Assembly: GCA_003221005.1 (NCBI GenBank)
Contig: QHTZ01000096.1
Coordinates: forward strand, 1-35,160
Length of the DNA stretch: 35,160 nt
Source of the DNA: Gemmatimonadota bacterium
GTDB taxonomy: Bacteria > Gemmatimonadota > Gemmatimonadetes > Gemmatimonadales > GWC2-71-9
Direction: 5' to 3'
In this document: positions 1 through 9,351 of the stretch, in pieces
How positions within the stretch are numbered: the stretch's first letter is position 1
Layout of the letters: each line of letters begins with the position of its first letter
Program-made: the position numbers and the translations under genes
The notes under the pieces: generated by a model
What the model saw: only the letters and a program-made list of their open reading frames with translations
What the model was told of the DNA's origin: nothing
Database searches by the model: none

Positions 1-643
1 AGACGCGCGTCGAGTCGGAGCGACCGAGGAGGCTGCTCCGGGCGAGCACAGCCAGCGCGTATCGACCGGGCGGAGCGAGATGCCCGTCGGCTAGCAAGCC
101 ATTCCACGGCAGGTCGCGCACGCCGTCGTTCGCACCTTGATATAGAACGGCGACGGTTTGCCCGTCGGCCAGCCGCAGCTCGACGCGGAGCGAGGCCGCG
201 TGAGTGGTCGTGACGGTGAACGTCGCGCGCTCCGTCCGGGGATCGACGCGAGCGACCGCCACCGGACGGGCCGCTACAGCGAACGTCAGGCCCCGCGCCT
301 GCCGGAACAGGGCCACTTGAGCGGGCGTGAACCGCTGCGCATCCAGGTCGGTAAAGGGATCCCGCTCGACCGCACCGCGGAAGTACCAGAGCGCGGAGTC
401 GCGCATGCCGGTCAGGGCGAGCGACGCGCCCAGATAGGTGTATGCCTGCAAGCGCTGCTCCTGGGTGACGTCGGCGGTCCAACTCGGGGACACGATCCGC
501 CGCAACAGCGCCAGCGCGCGCTCGATCTCGAGCTGCTCGTACAGATCCTGCGCCTGCCGCAGCAGGGCTGCGGTCTCGGTCTGGGCCGGGAGCGGCTGGG
601 GCGCTGCCACGAGCAGTGCCACGCCCAGGGCGAGGCGTCTCAC
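1..643 (-). CDS. Secreted protein with TPR-like helical N-terminus and Ig-like (FlgD-type) region; runs off the window edge
   Basis: Not in the ORF track. GTG at 643-641 overlaps the kinase TGA (GTGA) and the frame stays open to position 2. Translation: MRRLALGVALLVAAPQPLPAQ (signal peptide) TETAALLRQAQDLYEQLEIERALALLRRIV...QAYTYLGASLALTG...WNGLLADGHLAPPGRYALAV. Confidence 0.75.
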   Translation of the reverse strand, partial: MRRLALGVALLVAAPQPLPAQTETAALLRQAQDLYEQLEIERALALLRRIVSPSWTADVTQEQRLQAYTYLGASLALTGMRDSALWYFRGAVERDPFTDLDAQRFTPAQVALFRQARGLTFAVAARPVAVARVDPRTERATFTVTTTHAASLRVELRLADGQTVAVLYQGANDGVRDLPWNGLLADGHLAPPGRYALAVLARSSLLGRSDSTRV

Positions 644-2163
644 TGCTGCGGCTCGCGGCCGCGCAACGCGATCCGGCCGAGCGACATCGTGCCGCCCGAT
701 TCGACCACGACGATGGTGTCGAAACTGCTGTATCCCGGCGCCCGGACCTCCAGCCGTCTTGCGCCCACGGCGAGCGCGAGGTCGAACACGCTCCCCACGC
801 CTACGCGGCGGCCGTCGACCAGGATCTCGGCATCGCTGGGACTTGTGAGCATCCGGAGCTTGCCGCTGGGCGCCGCCGCGCTCGGCTCCGTGGCACGACT
901 GGTGTCGCGCCGGCTCGACGCGGGCGCGCTGCTCGCTTGGAGGGAAGCCGGAGGCGGCGCGGCTGTGGGACTGAGCTTCGCGTCACCGCGACGGGCGGCC
1001 AGCCGGATCGCGCCGAGGGCGAGCCCCAGGAGGAGCAGGCCGGAAATGGCCAGCATGGCCGGGACGGGCAGTCGCCTCACGCGCGGTGGCGCGGGCGTGA
1101 GCGGCACGGTAGGGCTGTCGGGGAGCGGCGGCAGGCCGCGGGTCGGCACCTTCGCGATGCCCGTGCCCTGCACCAGCTGTCTCAGCACTCCCTCGCTGTC
1201 GCGGCGCTCCGCTTCGGAGAACGGGAGGGCCTCGAGCGCCGCGAGCATGTCTCGCGTGGCCGGGAAGCGCGCCGTGGGTTCCTTCTGGAGCGCTCGGTTC
1301 AGGACTTCGACGAGGGCGACGGGCACGTCGTCGCGCACCTCCCGGATGTCCGGCACGGGTGTGAAGAAGTGATGCTGCATCATGCCCGCGATCGTGTCGG
1401 CGCGAAACGGCACCGACCCGGTGAGCATCTGGAAGCCGAGGATGCCCACGGCGTATTGGTCCGTCTGCGGCCCCGTCCGTCCGCCGGCGCACTGCTCCGG
1501 GCTCATGAACGCGGGAGTTCCGATCACCGCGCCGTCGGCCGTCAAGTTGACGTCCGAGGCCCGCAGCGCGACGCCGAAGTCCGAAACCATGACCCGACCG
1601 TCTTGGTCCACGAGGATGTTGGCACCCTTGATGTCGCGGTGGACGATGTGGCGTTCGTGTGCGTATGCGAGTGCACGCGTGGCACCGCGGAGCACCTGGA
1701 GCGCGACCGGCACGGGCAGCGCGCCCTGCGTGTCGAGGATCAGACCGAGCGAGCGACCCTCGATGAACTTCATCGCGATGAAGAAGATCCCGCCCAGCTG
1801 CCCGACGCGATACACGGGGATGATGTTCGGATGATCGAGCTCGGCCACCATGCGCGCTTCGCGCTTGAACCGCTCGGCGGCCTTCACGCTGAGCCCGACC
1901 TCCGGTGGCAGCACCTTCAGCGCGACCGATCGCCGCAGCGCCACCTCCGTCGCCTTGAAGATCACGCCCATGCCCCCGCGCGCCAGCTCGCTCTCAACCT
2001 CGTATTCACCCGCGAGCACCATGCGCACCTGCCGGAACAGCGCCTCGGGGTCTTCGGTCTCGAGCACGACGGTAGCGCCCTGCGGGTCCACCACCAGCGT
2101 GCCGCAGTTCGCGCAGAAGCGCGCCGCGTCCGGGATCGTTGCGCCGCAGCGGAAGCAGTTCAT
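640..2163 (-). CDS. Hanks-type Ser/Thr protein kinase with N-terminal zinc ribbon, one TM helix and C-terminal PEGA-like domain
   Basis: CFRC...CANC at the N-terminus; kinase motifs ARGGMG, VALKVL, HRDIKGAN, SDFG, GTPAFMSPEQ; hydrophobic LAISGLLLLGLALGAI; C-terminal GKLRMLTSPSDAEILVDG...LEVRAPGY is PEGA-like. Confidence 0.93.
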   Translation of the reverse strand: MNCFRCGATIPDAARFCANCGTLVVDPQGATVVLETEDPEALFRQVRMVLAGEYEVESELARGGMGVIFKATEVALRRSVALKVLPPEVGLSVKAAERFKREARMVAELDHPNIIPVYRVGQLGGIFFIAMKFIEGRSLGLILDTQGALPVPVALQVLRGATRALAYAHERHIVHRDIKGANILVDQDGRVMVSDFGVALRASDVNLTADGAVIGTPAFMSPEQCAGGRTGPQTDQYAVGILGFQMLTGSVPFRADTIAGMMQHHFFTPVPDIREVRDDVPVALVEVLNRALQKEPTARFPATRDMLAALEALPFSEAERRDSEGVLRQLVQGTGIAKVPTRGLPPLPDSPTVPLTPAPPRVRRLPVPAMLAISGLLLLGLALGAIRLAARRGDAKLSPTAAPPPASLQASSAPASSRRDTSRATEPSAAAPSGKLRMLTSPSDAEILVDGRRVGVGSVFDLALAVGARRLEVRAPGYSSFDTIVVVESGGTMSLGRIALRGREPQQ

Positions 2164-2564
2164 GGGCAGGGAGGCCGGGGCGCCGACCCGCCGCCCCTAA
2201 CGTGGACGCTATCCTGAGCGCTTGGTGCCGCGCCCGTGACCATCGAGCTGACGACGCGAATGGTCAGCAAGACATCCCCCGACTTCTGAGCGACGAGCGT
2301 GTCGCCGATCGGCGTAAGGGAGAGAATCGTGGAGTCGGATGATGCGAGGGTGAGTCGGGGGTTTGGGATCGTGACCCCGTCGGCCTGGACTGTCACTACA
2401 GCCGCCTGCCGCACGCCGACCTTGAGGAGGGTGTCACCGCAATACGTCACAACGACGTCGTTCAACCCCGCCGGGCGGAAGACGTCGGGCAGACCGCAGC
2501 CACCCGTCTCGAGCCCAGCCACGGCAGCGAACACGACAAGGCCAAAACATCGGAAGGGCCGCAT
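2160..2564 (-). CDS. Putative lipoprotein with Ig-like (Big_2-like) domain
   Basis: ATG at 2564 gives MRPFRCFGLVVFAAVAGLETGGC (lipobox-like Cys), then beta-rich sequence with LASSDSTILSL. The stop overlaps the kinase ATG (ATGA). Confidence 0.6.
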   Translation of the reverse strand: MRPFRCFGLVVFAAVAGLETGGCGLPDVFRPAGLNDVVVTYCGDTLLKVGVRQAAVVTVQADGVTIPNPRLTLASSDSTILSLTPIGDTLVAQKSGDVLLTIRVVSSMVTGAAPSAQDSVHVRGGGSAPRPPCP

Positions 2565-2640
2565 CACAACGCCTGTGGGACGGAGGCACTGCAAAGGATG
2601 CGGATTCGTCGGCAAGGTAACGGACCGCCGGAATGCGTCA

Positions 2641-2672
2641 CTACAACCTGCGCGTTTCCGCACGGCGGGCAA
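2641..2672 (-). promoter_or_regulatory. Candidate sigma70-type promoter for the lipoprotein-kinase-TPR unit
   Basis: Minus strand TTGCCC-N16-CAGGTT-GTAG, resembling the motifs upstream of both tRNA genes. Confidence 0.3.
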
Positions 2673-2693
2673 TACCCCAGCGGCTCGACACGC

Positions 2694-5276
2694 CTAGTAG
2701 ATGAACCCGGCGTGGAGGTAGAATGCCGTCCGTTCCGGGCTCCGGGCCGCGCTCAGGGTCACGGTGTTGGCGCGGCTCAGGAAGGCGAGCCAGATCCCGC
2801 CGCCCGCGGCCGCGTGCCAGCGGTCCGACGTCTCGCCGCTCGCGTACACGCGCCCGGCGTCTGCGAGACCGAACACACCCCAGTCCCCCGGGAGTCCCAC
2901 GAGACCTTTCCCGATGCGCAACCGCAGCTCGGCGTTGCCGTACGTCGCGCTGTTGCCGGCGAACCGATGCTCCTGGAAGGCCCGCAGCGTGCTCGATCCC
3001 CCGACGAATGCCGCTTCCTCGAAGGGGAAAGGACCCCACACCTTCTTGCCGGCCACCCGAACCGCCAGCGTCGGCCGCAGCGGGATCGCCGCCGTCAGGT
3101 ACGTCGCCGCTTCCCCATGCGCCTCGCCGAACGCGGTAGTGACGTCCCAGAACGCCGGGTACGCGCTCCCCCCGGCGCTGATGAGGACGCCTCGCGTCGC
3201 CGCGAGCCGGTAATCGCGTGTATCGATCCGGATGGCGGCCTGCACGCCGACCTGGCCGAACCGGCCGCTGCCATACGGCTGATTGATGGAGATGAACGTG
3301 CCGGGGACGGGGTCCGTCCGGGCGTACTTGAGCTGGGGCCCGATTGTGAGCTCCGTGGCACGGGAGATCGGAACCACCAGGGCGGGCTGCACCACGTACT
3401 GCGTCTGCTGCGCCTTGTAGAAATCGTTGGTCCCGCCGAGTGGCGTCTCGTTGCCGATGCCGTAAAACCGTACGATGTCGAAGCCGGACCCGCGGACGCG
3501 CAGCGTCGTGTGCAGGGCGCTGCGGAAGTCGGCGCGGAGTTCCGCGCCCAGCCGACCCGCGCCGCTCGCGTACGCCACCCGAAACAGCGCGCGCGAGCGG
3601 TACGGTACGTGCCGGAAGCCGTAAGTGGTGAGCGTGACGCCGCCGCCCACGAGGACGCCGACGTCCGCCCCGGAGCTCAGCCAGGCGAGCGGGCGCCATT
3701 CGTGGCCCCAGTCCCGCGGCCCGGCGTGGAAGCGGTCGGGGGCCGCGGCCGCGACGTAGCGCCGGCGGTCGACCCGCGTCCCAGGGCCCCGCACGATGCG
3801 ATCCGCACCCCGCGTGTTGTAGAATCGGGTGAGGTGACCGCCGCTCCCGACGCGCGACGAATCCTCGAGCGTATCGGCCCCGCCTCCGCTGATCACGCGA
3901 ACGAGAATGCTGTGCCCGACCGCGCCCCGAACCACGACGTGGTCCGCTCCACCGTGCAGATGCAGCCGGATCTCCTGCGTCTCGGCGCGATCGAAGGTCC
4001 GGGTGAAATACGCGGTCGACAGACCGGCGCTCCCCACCTCCGCCCGGCGGTACAGGTGGACGGCGACGCGCTGGTCGTCCAGGCGCTCGACCGCGGCGAC
4101 GTCGGGCTCGTCGGTGGCGTGGATGTCGGCGTCGTGGGCGAGCAATGCGTACAGTCCCAGCGCGGCCGCCGGCAGCGCGTCGCGCCGCCGTTTGAGGTCG
4201 CGCGCCAGCTGCGCGCCGTTCAAGCGGTAGTACTCGGGCGGCAGCTGCCGCACCGCCGCGTCGATGACGCTGTCGGTGAGGCGTGCCTGCAGCGTCCGGG
4301 CCGTCGAGTCCCACACGGCTCGCCCGAGGTCGCCGAGCAGCCGGCGGTCGAGATCCTGAGCGCGCCAGCTCAGCCCATACACGCTGCCGTAATCGGGACC
4401 GAACCCGACGAGCTCGGGGTTCGAGCTCCGGGCCAGCCGCGGCAACAGCCCGTCGAAACGGGCGAACGCTTCATCGCGATCCCGCGGGATCGGGCGCCAC
4501 ACGTGGTAGTCGCCCTCTTCGAACCGCGCCCAGCGCCACTGGTCGGCGTGGCGGTCGCCGTCGGCGAGATAGAGATCGATCAAGCGCGCGGCGAGATATG
4601 CGCGCGAGTCCACACGATGGCGGGCGCCATGCTCCAGGTGCTCGAGCAGCCGGGCCGTTCCCACAATGTCGCTCGAGCCGCCGAACCCTGGTTGGCCACC
4701 CTGGCCTTCGTTGGGGCGCTCCTCGATGAGCCCGAGCATCCCCGCGAAGGCGGTGCGGAACTCGCCCAGCCGCGGGTCGTCCGGCATCACGAACAGGTGC
4801 GGCGCCGCGTGCAGCACGCCGGCCGCGTCGAGCAAGGGAGCTGCCACCAGCGCGGCGGCGGGGTGCAGCACGCTGAGCTGATCCTTGAGAACGCGCTCGG
4901 CCACCGTGGCCTGGAGGTCCGCCGGCAGCCAGGCGGGCCGCTTGTCGACCGAGCGGAATACATACTGCCGGCCGTCGGCGCCGGCGAGGCGGAGCGCCTG
5001 CGTCTGACCGCCGCCGCCCCGCCGCACCGGCACGAGTCCCCCGGCGAAGCGCGCGAGATCGAGGCGCTCCACGGCGAGCGGCGTCGCCCACAGCGCGCGG
5101 TAATGCTCGCCGAACAACACCTCGTGCAGCCACCCTGCGCGGTATTGGGGTCCCGCGGTTACAGTGACGCTGTCGCCTCCGTGGGACAGCGTGTCACGGG
5201 AGCTCTGCGCCGCCAGCCGCGCCGGGCTGAGTGCGAGGATCAGGACGGCGAGACTCGGCCAGCGGGCCGCACCCAA
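2694..5276 (-). CDS. Omp85/BamA-TamA family outer-membrane barrel protein with N-terminal atypical kinase-like domain
   Basis: Signal peptide ending RLAAQ; C-terminal amphipathic beta-strands, loop motif LRAFQEHRFAG (VRGF-like) and terminal aromatic signal FYLHAGFIY; N-terminal GGGGQT, DGDRHADQW and PRDRDEAF motifs. Confidence 0.8.
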   Translation of the reverse strand: MGAARWPSLAVLILALSPARLAAQSSRDTLSHGGDSVTVTAGPQYRAGWLHEVLFGEHYRALWATPLAVERLDLARFAGGLVPVRRGGGGQTQALRLAGADGRQYVFRSVDKRPAWLPADLQATVAERVLKDQLSVLHPAAALVAAPLLDAAGVLHAAPHLFVMPDDPRLGEFRTAFAGMLGLIEERPNEGQGGQPGFGGSSDIVGTARLLEHLEHGARHRVDSRAYLAARLIDLYLADGDRHADQWRWARFEEGDYHVWRPIPRDRDEAFARFDGLLPRLARSSNPELVGFGPDYGSVYGLSWRAQDLDRRLLGDLGRAVWDSTARTLQARLTDSVIDAAVRQLPPEYYRLNGAQLARDLKRRRDALPAAALGLYALLAHDADIHATDEPDVAAVERLDDQRVAVHLYRRAEVGSAGLSTAYFTRTFDRAETQEIRLHLHGGADHVVVRGAVGHSILVRVISGGGADTLEDSSRVGSGGHLTRFYNTRGADRIVRGPGTRVDRRRYVAAAAPDRFHAGPRDWGHEWRPLAWLSSGADVGVLVGGGVTLTTYGFRHVPYRSRALFRVAYASGAGRLGAELRADFRSALHTTLRVRGSGFDIVRFYGIGNETPLGGTNDFYKAQQTQYVVQPALVVPISRATELTIGPQLKYARTDPVPGTFISINQPYGSGRFGQVGVQAAIRIDTRDYRLAATRGVLISAGGSAYPAFWDVTTAFGEAHGEAATYLTAAIPLRPTLAVRVAGKKVWGPFPFEEAAFVGGSSTLRAFQEHRFAGNSATYGNAELRLRIGKGLVGLPGDWGVFGLADAGRVYASGETSDRWHAAAGGGIWLAFLSRANTVTLSAARSPERTAFYLHAGFIY

Positions 5277-5280
5277 GCGG

Positions 5281-6387
5281 TCACCCGTCCTTGGCGAAAC
5301 CGCGCAGGGAGCGGTACTCCGCCGCGATCACATGGGGCGCGCCACGTGTCTTGAGGTGCTCCAGCAACTCGGCGGGCACAGCGTTTTTGCTGAGCCGCAC
5401 GAGGTACTGGAGCGTGGATTTGTCATCGGTCGTCGGCTGGATTTCCGCCAGTCTCCAGCGTTTCACTTCTTGATCGAGCACGGCCTCGGTGGCGCGCTGT
5501 GCCCCCTCGAGCTGCGTCGCGTGAACCAGCAACACTGCGGTGAAGGGCTTCTTCTTCCGCTCGGCTCTGCTCTTGATGTAGCGGCCGAGACGGTCTGACG
5601 CCGCGGCGACCTTGTCCAGCTCCTCGGGAGCCAGGGCGCGCAGCAGGTCGGGATCACCAATGACCGAGTACTCGCCGGTCTTGCCCGGACCCACGAGGGC
5701 CTGAGCCGGCGACATGCGACCGGCGAGTCCCTGGTCCGCGTAAATGTTTCCGAAGTTGAAGCTCCACAGTGCGAGCACCACGAAGTTGAACATCACCGAC
5801 ATGACGCCGCCCACGGTCGGAGCGAACACGCCGGCGGCGACGCCCACGCCGAGGGCGAGGAAGATGTAGACGGTATCCTTCGTGTCCTTCAGCGTGTTGC
5901 GAAACCGCACCACCGCCACGATCGCGGCGAGCGCGAACGCGAGCGCCAGGCTGTTCTGCACCAGGATTACGGTACCTGCCACGGTCATCGGGAGGATGAT
6001 CACGGTCTGCACAACGGACTGGTCGTAGCCGCGGTGCTGCTTGGTGATCATGTACACCCACGCGACCGGCAGCACGAGCGCGAGCGCGCCGAGCATCGAG
6101 AGCAGCGTGACAAGCGCCAGGTCCTGTTGCGGCAGGGCTTCGAGACCAACCCCGGCGTTGCTCGCCAGCTCGGGGCAGTGCGCGAGCAGCGCGCTGTCGG
6201 CGGGAGCCATCACGTCGAGATCCTTCACGCGCTTGCCGTTGGTGACGCTCAGCGCCGAGACGGCGCGGAAGCAGCGTAGTGTGCGCGGGACGGCGGGGAC
6301 GGCCCTCGTCAGCGACCACACAGCGGCGCCGAGGAGGACGTAGTAGCCTGTCAGCCGCACGAACGGGGACTTTAGGATCCGACTCAT
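5281..6387 (-). CDS. DUF4956 family membrane protein
   Basis: TM core with VQNSLALAFALAAIVAVVRFRNTLKDTKDTVYIFLALGVGVAAG, the family-typical RFR...KD..D..YIF...G.G signature, plus a soluble C-terminal domain. Confidence 0.82.
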   Translation of the reverse strand: MSRILKSPFVRLTGYYVLLGAAVWSLTRAVPAVPRTLRCFRAVSALSVTNGKRVKDLDVMAPADSALLAHCPELASNAGVGLEALPQQDLALVTLLSMLGALALVLPVAWVYMITKQHRGYDQSVVQTVIILPMTVAGTVILVQNSLALAFALAAIVAVVRFRNTLKDTKDTVYIFLALGVGVAAGVFAPTVGGVMSVMFNFVVLALWSFNFGNIYADQGLAGRMSPAQALVGPGKTGEYSVIGDPDLLRALAPEELDKVAAASDRLGRYIKSRAERKKKPFTAVLLVHATQLEGAQRATEAVLDQEVKRWRLAEIQPTTDDKSTLQYLVRLSKNAVPAELLEHLKTRGAPHVIAAEYRSLRGFAKDG

Positions 6388-6584
6388 GCCTGTCCCCAGA
6401 AACTAGGACCGAGCCCCGTGGTTGACTAGAGCGAGTGCATTGGGTCAGGGACGACGACTGCGTCGATGATCGGGCCGACCGGCTAGGTTCCATCCATCCC
6501 CACGCAGTGTTCCCGGTTCACTCTTGATTCGGGGCGCAGGACGCTCTGAATCAGTGCGCGATTTGCGGTCGCCACCGCCCAGTG

Positions 6585-7370
6585 CTACTTCCCGGCCGCT
6601 GCCTCGGGGCGAAACACGAGGTCGGCGCCCATGAAGAAGTCTTGCCAGATCAGCGTGTTCAAGCCGAGAGCCAAGTAATGGAGTTTCGGAATAAGTTCAA
6701 GCTGCAGGTCAGCCGCCGGGATGCGCCACTTCGCGAGCACGCGCATCCCGCCTGCCTCGGGGAACGCCTTCACTGCGGCGGTCGTCGGCTGCTGCACCCC
6801 GCGCACCGTGAGGGTACCCACCGCGCTGCAAAAGAGCGTGTCCACCTGCCTGATTAGGCCCACGAGGCTGTCCAGCGTGAAGCGGATGTCCGGGAACCGC
6901 GCTGTCTCCAAGGCCTGGTGCATCATGACGTCGCGCATCGCCTCGCCCGTGACCAGCGCGTCGGCTCTCACCGTCACCTGCCCGCGGGCGCCCCGCCACT
7001 TCACCGTGTCGGGCAGGAGGACGTGACCTGCCACCGCTTCGCTGCACACCGCGCCGACCCGATACCGCGGGTAGAGTGGGACGTGCACGGTGTCGGGGGT
7101 GTTCGCGTACCCGGACTTCGGAGGGGGCGGTCGGATGTTGAACCCCGAGCTTCGACCCTCCCCGGGGTACCACGTGGGCTCCTCAGGGCACGTGGTGGCC
7201 CAGAGGTGGTTGAGGTGTGGGGACACCTGCCACCAGGCGAGACTGGCTTTCGGATCCACAGTCCAGGCGATCTGCGCCTGCGCATCGGCTAGTGCGATGG
7301 TAATGCCCACGAGGACAGCGGCAAGACTGGGCGGCAGCGGCCTCTGGAGCCAGGGCGAAACGCGCGTCAA
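6585..7370 (-). CDS. Secreted YceI-like (lipid/polyisoprenoid-binding barrel) protein
   Basis: TTG start with GGAG upstream; signal peptide ...LADAQAQ; WTVDPKAS N-terminus and LVTGEAMRD...LETARFPDIRFT...GTLTVRGV are YceI-type motifs. Confidence 0.72.
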   Translation of the reverse strand: MTRVSPWLQRPLPPSLAAVLVGITIALADAQAQIAWTVDPKASLAWWQVSPHLNHLWATTCPEEPTWYPGEGRSSGFNIRPPPPKSGYANTPDTVHVPLYPRYRVGAVCSEAVAGHVLLPDTVKWRGARGQVTVRADALVTGEAMRDVMMHQALETARFPDIRFTLDSLVGLIRQVDTLFCSAVGTLTVRGVQQPTTAAVKAFPEAGGMRVLAKWRIPAADLQLELIPKLHYLALGLNTLIWQDFFMGADLVFRPEAAAGK

Positions 7371-7613
7371 CTATGGTCGCTCCGAACGAGGAGGTGTTCA
7401 TTAGCGTTTTCGTGTCGGCTTCCATAGCTGCTGGGGATCGCATGATAAGCGCGAGGTCGATGCAAACTCCACTCAGGCCCACTACGACGAGCACCAGCCC
7501 CGGCAAGTTGCGGGGTTGCCGTGGCCTTGTGATCTCTGACTGGGCGTGCGGACGATGTCAAACGTGATCCCTAGGGCCCTAGTGCATGCTCGAGCACGCC
7601 TACGCCACCTCTC

Positions 7614-8000
7614 CTACATACACCCATCGTCGCCTGGACAGGGGTCGGGTTCCGAGCGAGTTCCTGATTGCGTGAGGGACCGAATCAGGGCCTCGGCCAC
7701 CAGCCCCGCGGTGATGAACGCAAGGACCGTCCGCGTCCGCGCCGGCGTCTTCGCCTGGACACTCTGGATGTCCTGCAGGGGAATCGCGAGGGGCGTCTGC
7801 GTGCCCACCCACGTCCCCCTCAAGGTGTCGCCGTCGATCTGCGGCTGGGCAACGGCGACCATGGCGTTATTCGTGGTGGTAACCCAGACGAGGGCCGGCG
7901 TACGCTGGGGAATGAACTGCGTAGGCCGCACTTCCCCTATCGTCGTACAAGCAGGCAGGGCAAGGAGCAAGCCAGCGGCCGCTACTCGGTCGAGCATCAT
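7614..8000 (-). CDS. Hypothetical lipoprotein with C-terminal hydrophobic helix
   Basis: GAGGAG RBS before ATG 8000; MMLDRVAAAGLLLALPAC lipobox; C-terminal TRTVLAFITAGLVAEALI. Confidence 0.65.
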   Translation of the reverse strand: MMLDRVAAAGLLLALPACTTIGEVRPTQFIPQRTPALVWVTTTNNAMVAVAQPQIDGDTLRGTWVGTQTPLAIPLQDIQSVQAKTPARTRTVLAFITAGLVAEALIRSLTQSGTRSEPDPCPGDDGCM

Positions 8001-8061
8001 GGATAGTCTCCTCGGCAAGCTACCTGTTGACGTTGTGCTGGACTGCATTGGAACCACAATC

Positions 8062-9051
8062 CTATTTTTCACGTTCGTCTTCTTTTTCACGTTCGTCTTC
8101 AGGCTCGTGCCGCCGACCGCTACGCTCCGTCGCGTCGAGCCCGCTGCGGAGCCCCTGTGCGAGCCGGACCGCGTCTGCCACAGCCCAGAAGTGCATGAAG
8201 AAGAGCCGCGGCTCGTCGTGCAACATGTGGTTGTGGACGGCCGTCACTTCGATCCCGTGCCCCCGGAGCGCGCGAATCACCGGGTTCACCTCGCCAGCCA
8301 CGAGCACGAAATCGCCCGCGATGGCGGCGCTTCCCCCACTCGTCGGCTGAAAGTTGATCACCGTCGCAACGCCCATCGCCGGTGGGATTACCACCCCACC
8401 GTCGGTAATCGTTTCCAGCCGAGCCACGCTCACTTGATAGACACTCCCGTTCAACCTGCCCGACTGCCCGAGCGCCTGCGCGATGCCCGCCGTGTCGAGC
8501 GCCAATGTGGGGGGGGCAGCAGGGGAGGGCGCGGGCGTGCTCGTCAGGCTGATGGCCGCGAGGATCGCCCGCGCCACGGTGACGGCAGCGCCCTCACCAT
8601 GAAAGTGCATGTAGTAGATGGGCGGCGTCTGGCGCAGCACGTGATGGTGGAGCGCTGTGACGTCGATACCGCCCTCTTCCAGCTTGGTCATCACGGGCGC
8701 GATCTCACTCTCCTTCAGCACCAGGTCGCCCATCGCCATGGCGCCTGAACGCGTCCCTTTGAAGACCACGTAGGAGCCCAGGGCGAGCGCTGGCTTGAGC
8801 TGGATGCCGTCGACCGTGACCGTGAGATCGCCGCGCGGGAAGTTGAACCGGAGCACGCCGCCCGGCTGAAACGCCCCTGGGCGGCCCATCGCCGCCGCGA
8901 TCGCCGCCGAGTCCAGCGGCACAACGGGTCCGCGTTCGCTCCCGGCGAAGCTCGCCCCTAGGGAAGTCGCGGGGCCCGGCGCGATTTCGCCGCCGCGGCA
9001 TGCGCCGGGCACCAAAGCCGCCGCCAGTAATAGCAAATACTTCGTCACCAT
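8062..9051 (-). CDS. DUF1259 (LppY/LpqO-like) tandem-domain lipoprotein, likely metal-binding
   Basis: GGAGG RBS; lipobox LVPGAC; two repeats of GD.VL...E..PV...L...GI.VTA.H.H...P...YMHF/FMHF. Confidence 0.85.
   Translation of the reverse strand: MVTKYLLLLAAALVPGACRGGEIAPGPATSLGASFAGSERGPVVPLDSAAIAAAMGRPGAFQPGGVLRFNFPRGDLTVTVDGIQLKPALALGSYVVFKGTRSGAMAMGDLVLKESEIAPVMTKLEEGGIDVTALHHHVLRQTPPIYYMHFHGEGAAVTVARAILAAISLTSTPAPSPAAPPTLALDTAGIAQALGQSGRLNGSVYQVSVARLETITDGGVVIPPAMGVATVINFQPTSGGSAAIAGDFVLVAGEVNPVIRALRGHGIEVTAVHNHMLHDEPRLFFMHFWAVADAVRLAQGLRSGLDATERSGRRHEPEDEREKEDEREK
8065..8100. repeat. Perfect 18-bp tandem duplication
   Basis: TTTTTCACGTTCGTCTTC twice (8065-8082, 8083-8100); encodes EDEREK twice at the DUF1259 C-terminus. 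Confidence 0.95.
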
Positions 9052-9351
9052 AACCCACCTCCATGTTGAAGCCGCCGTTGTGCTGCGTCATTGTACTCGT
9101 CGAAGCTGCGCAGCTATCCGGTCATACGCTGACCGCGACTGGGCCGAGGTCCGCACGCCATGACCAGAGTGACGGTCAGACGCACCGGCCCAACCCGTCG
9201 TATCATGGGCTTCACCTGAGTTGAGGGGAGTAGTTCCCTGCATCGGTGGGTTCGTGCGCAGGCGAGCGACCTGCGCCAGTCCCAGGGGGGGCGCCGGAGC
9301 GATCAAGGCGAACCGGGTTGCTGTTGTTCGACAGCTGGTGCATCCGATAGA

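Noticed and set aside
158-5354. Long plus-strand ORFs 158-1372, 616-2217 and 2598-5354
   Set aside because: Antisense shadows of the kinase and Omp85 genes; typical of high-GC DNA and without recognisable motifs.
7367-7567. 64-aa ORFs on both strands upstream of the YceI-like gene
   Set aside because: No clear RBS or motif; more likely promoter or leader DNA.
7569-7596. Vector polylinker contamination (AvrII, ApaI, SphI, XhoI sites)
   Set aside because: Flanks are continuous with native-looking genes and no vector sequence is adjacent; kept only as a low-interest palindrome note.
7546-8748. 400-aa plus-strand ORF
   Set aside because: Antisense to two genes that have an RBS, a lipobox and family motifs.
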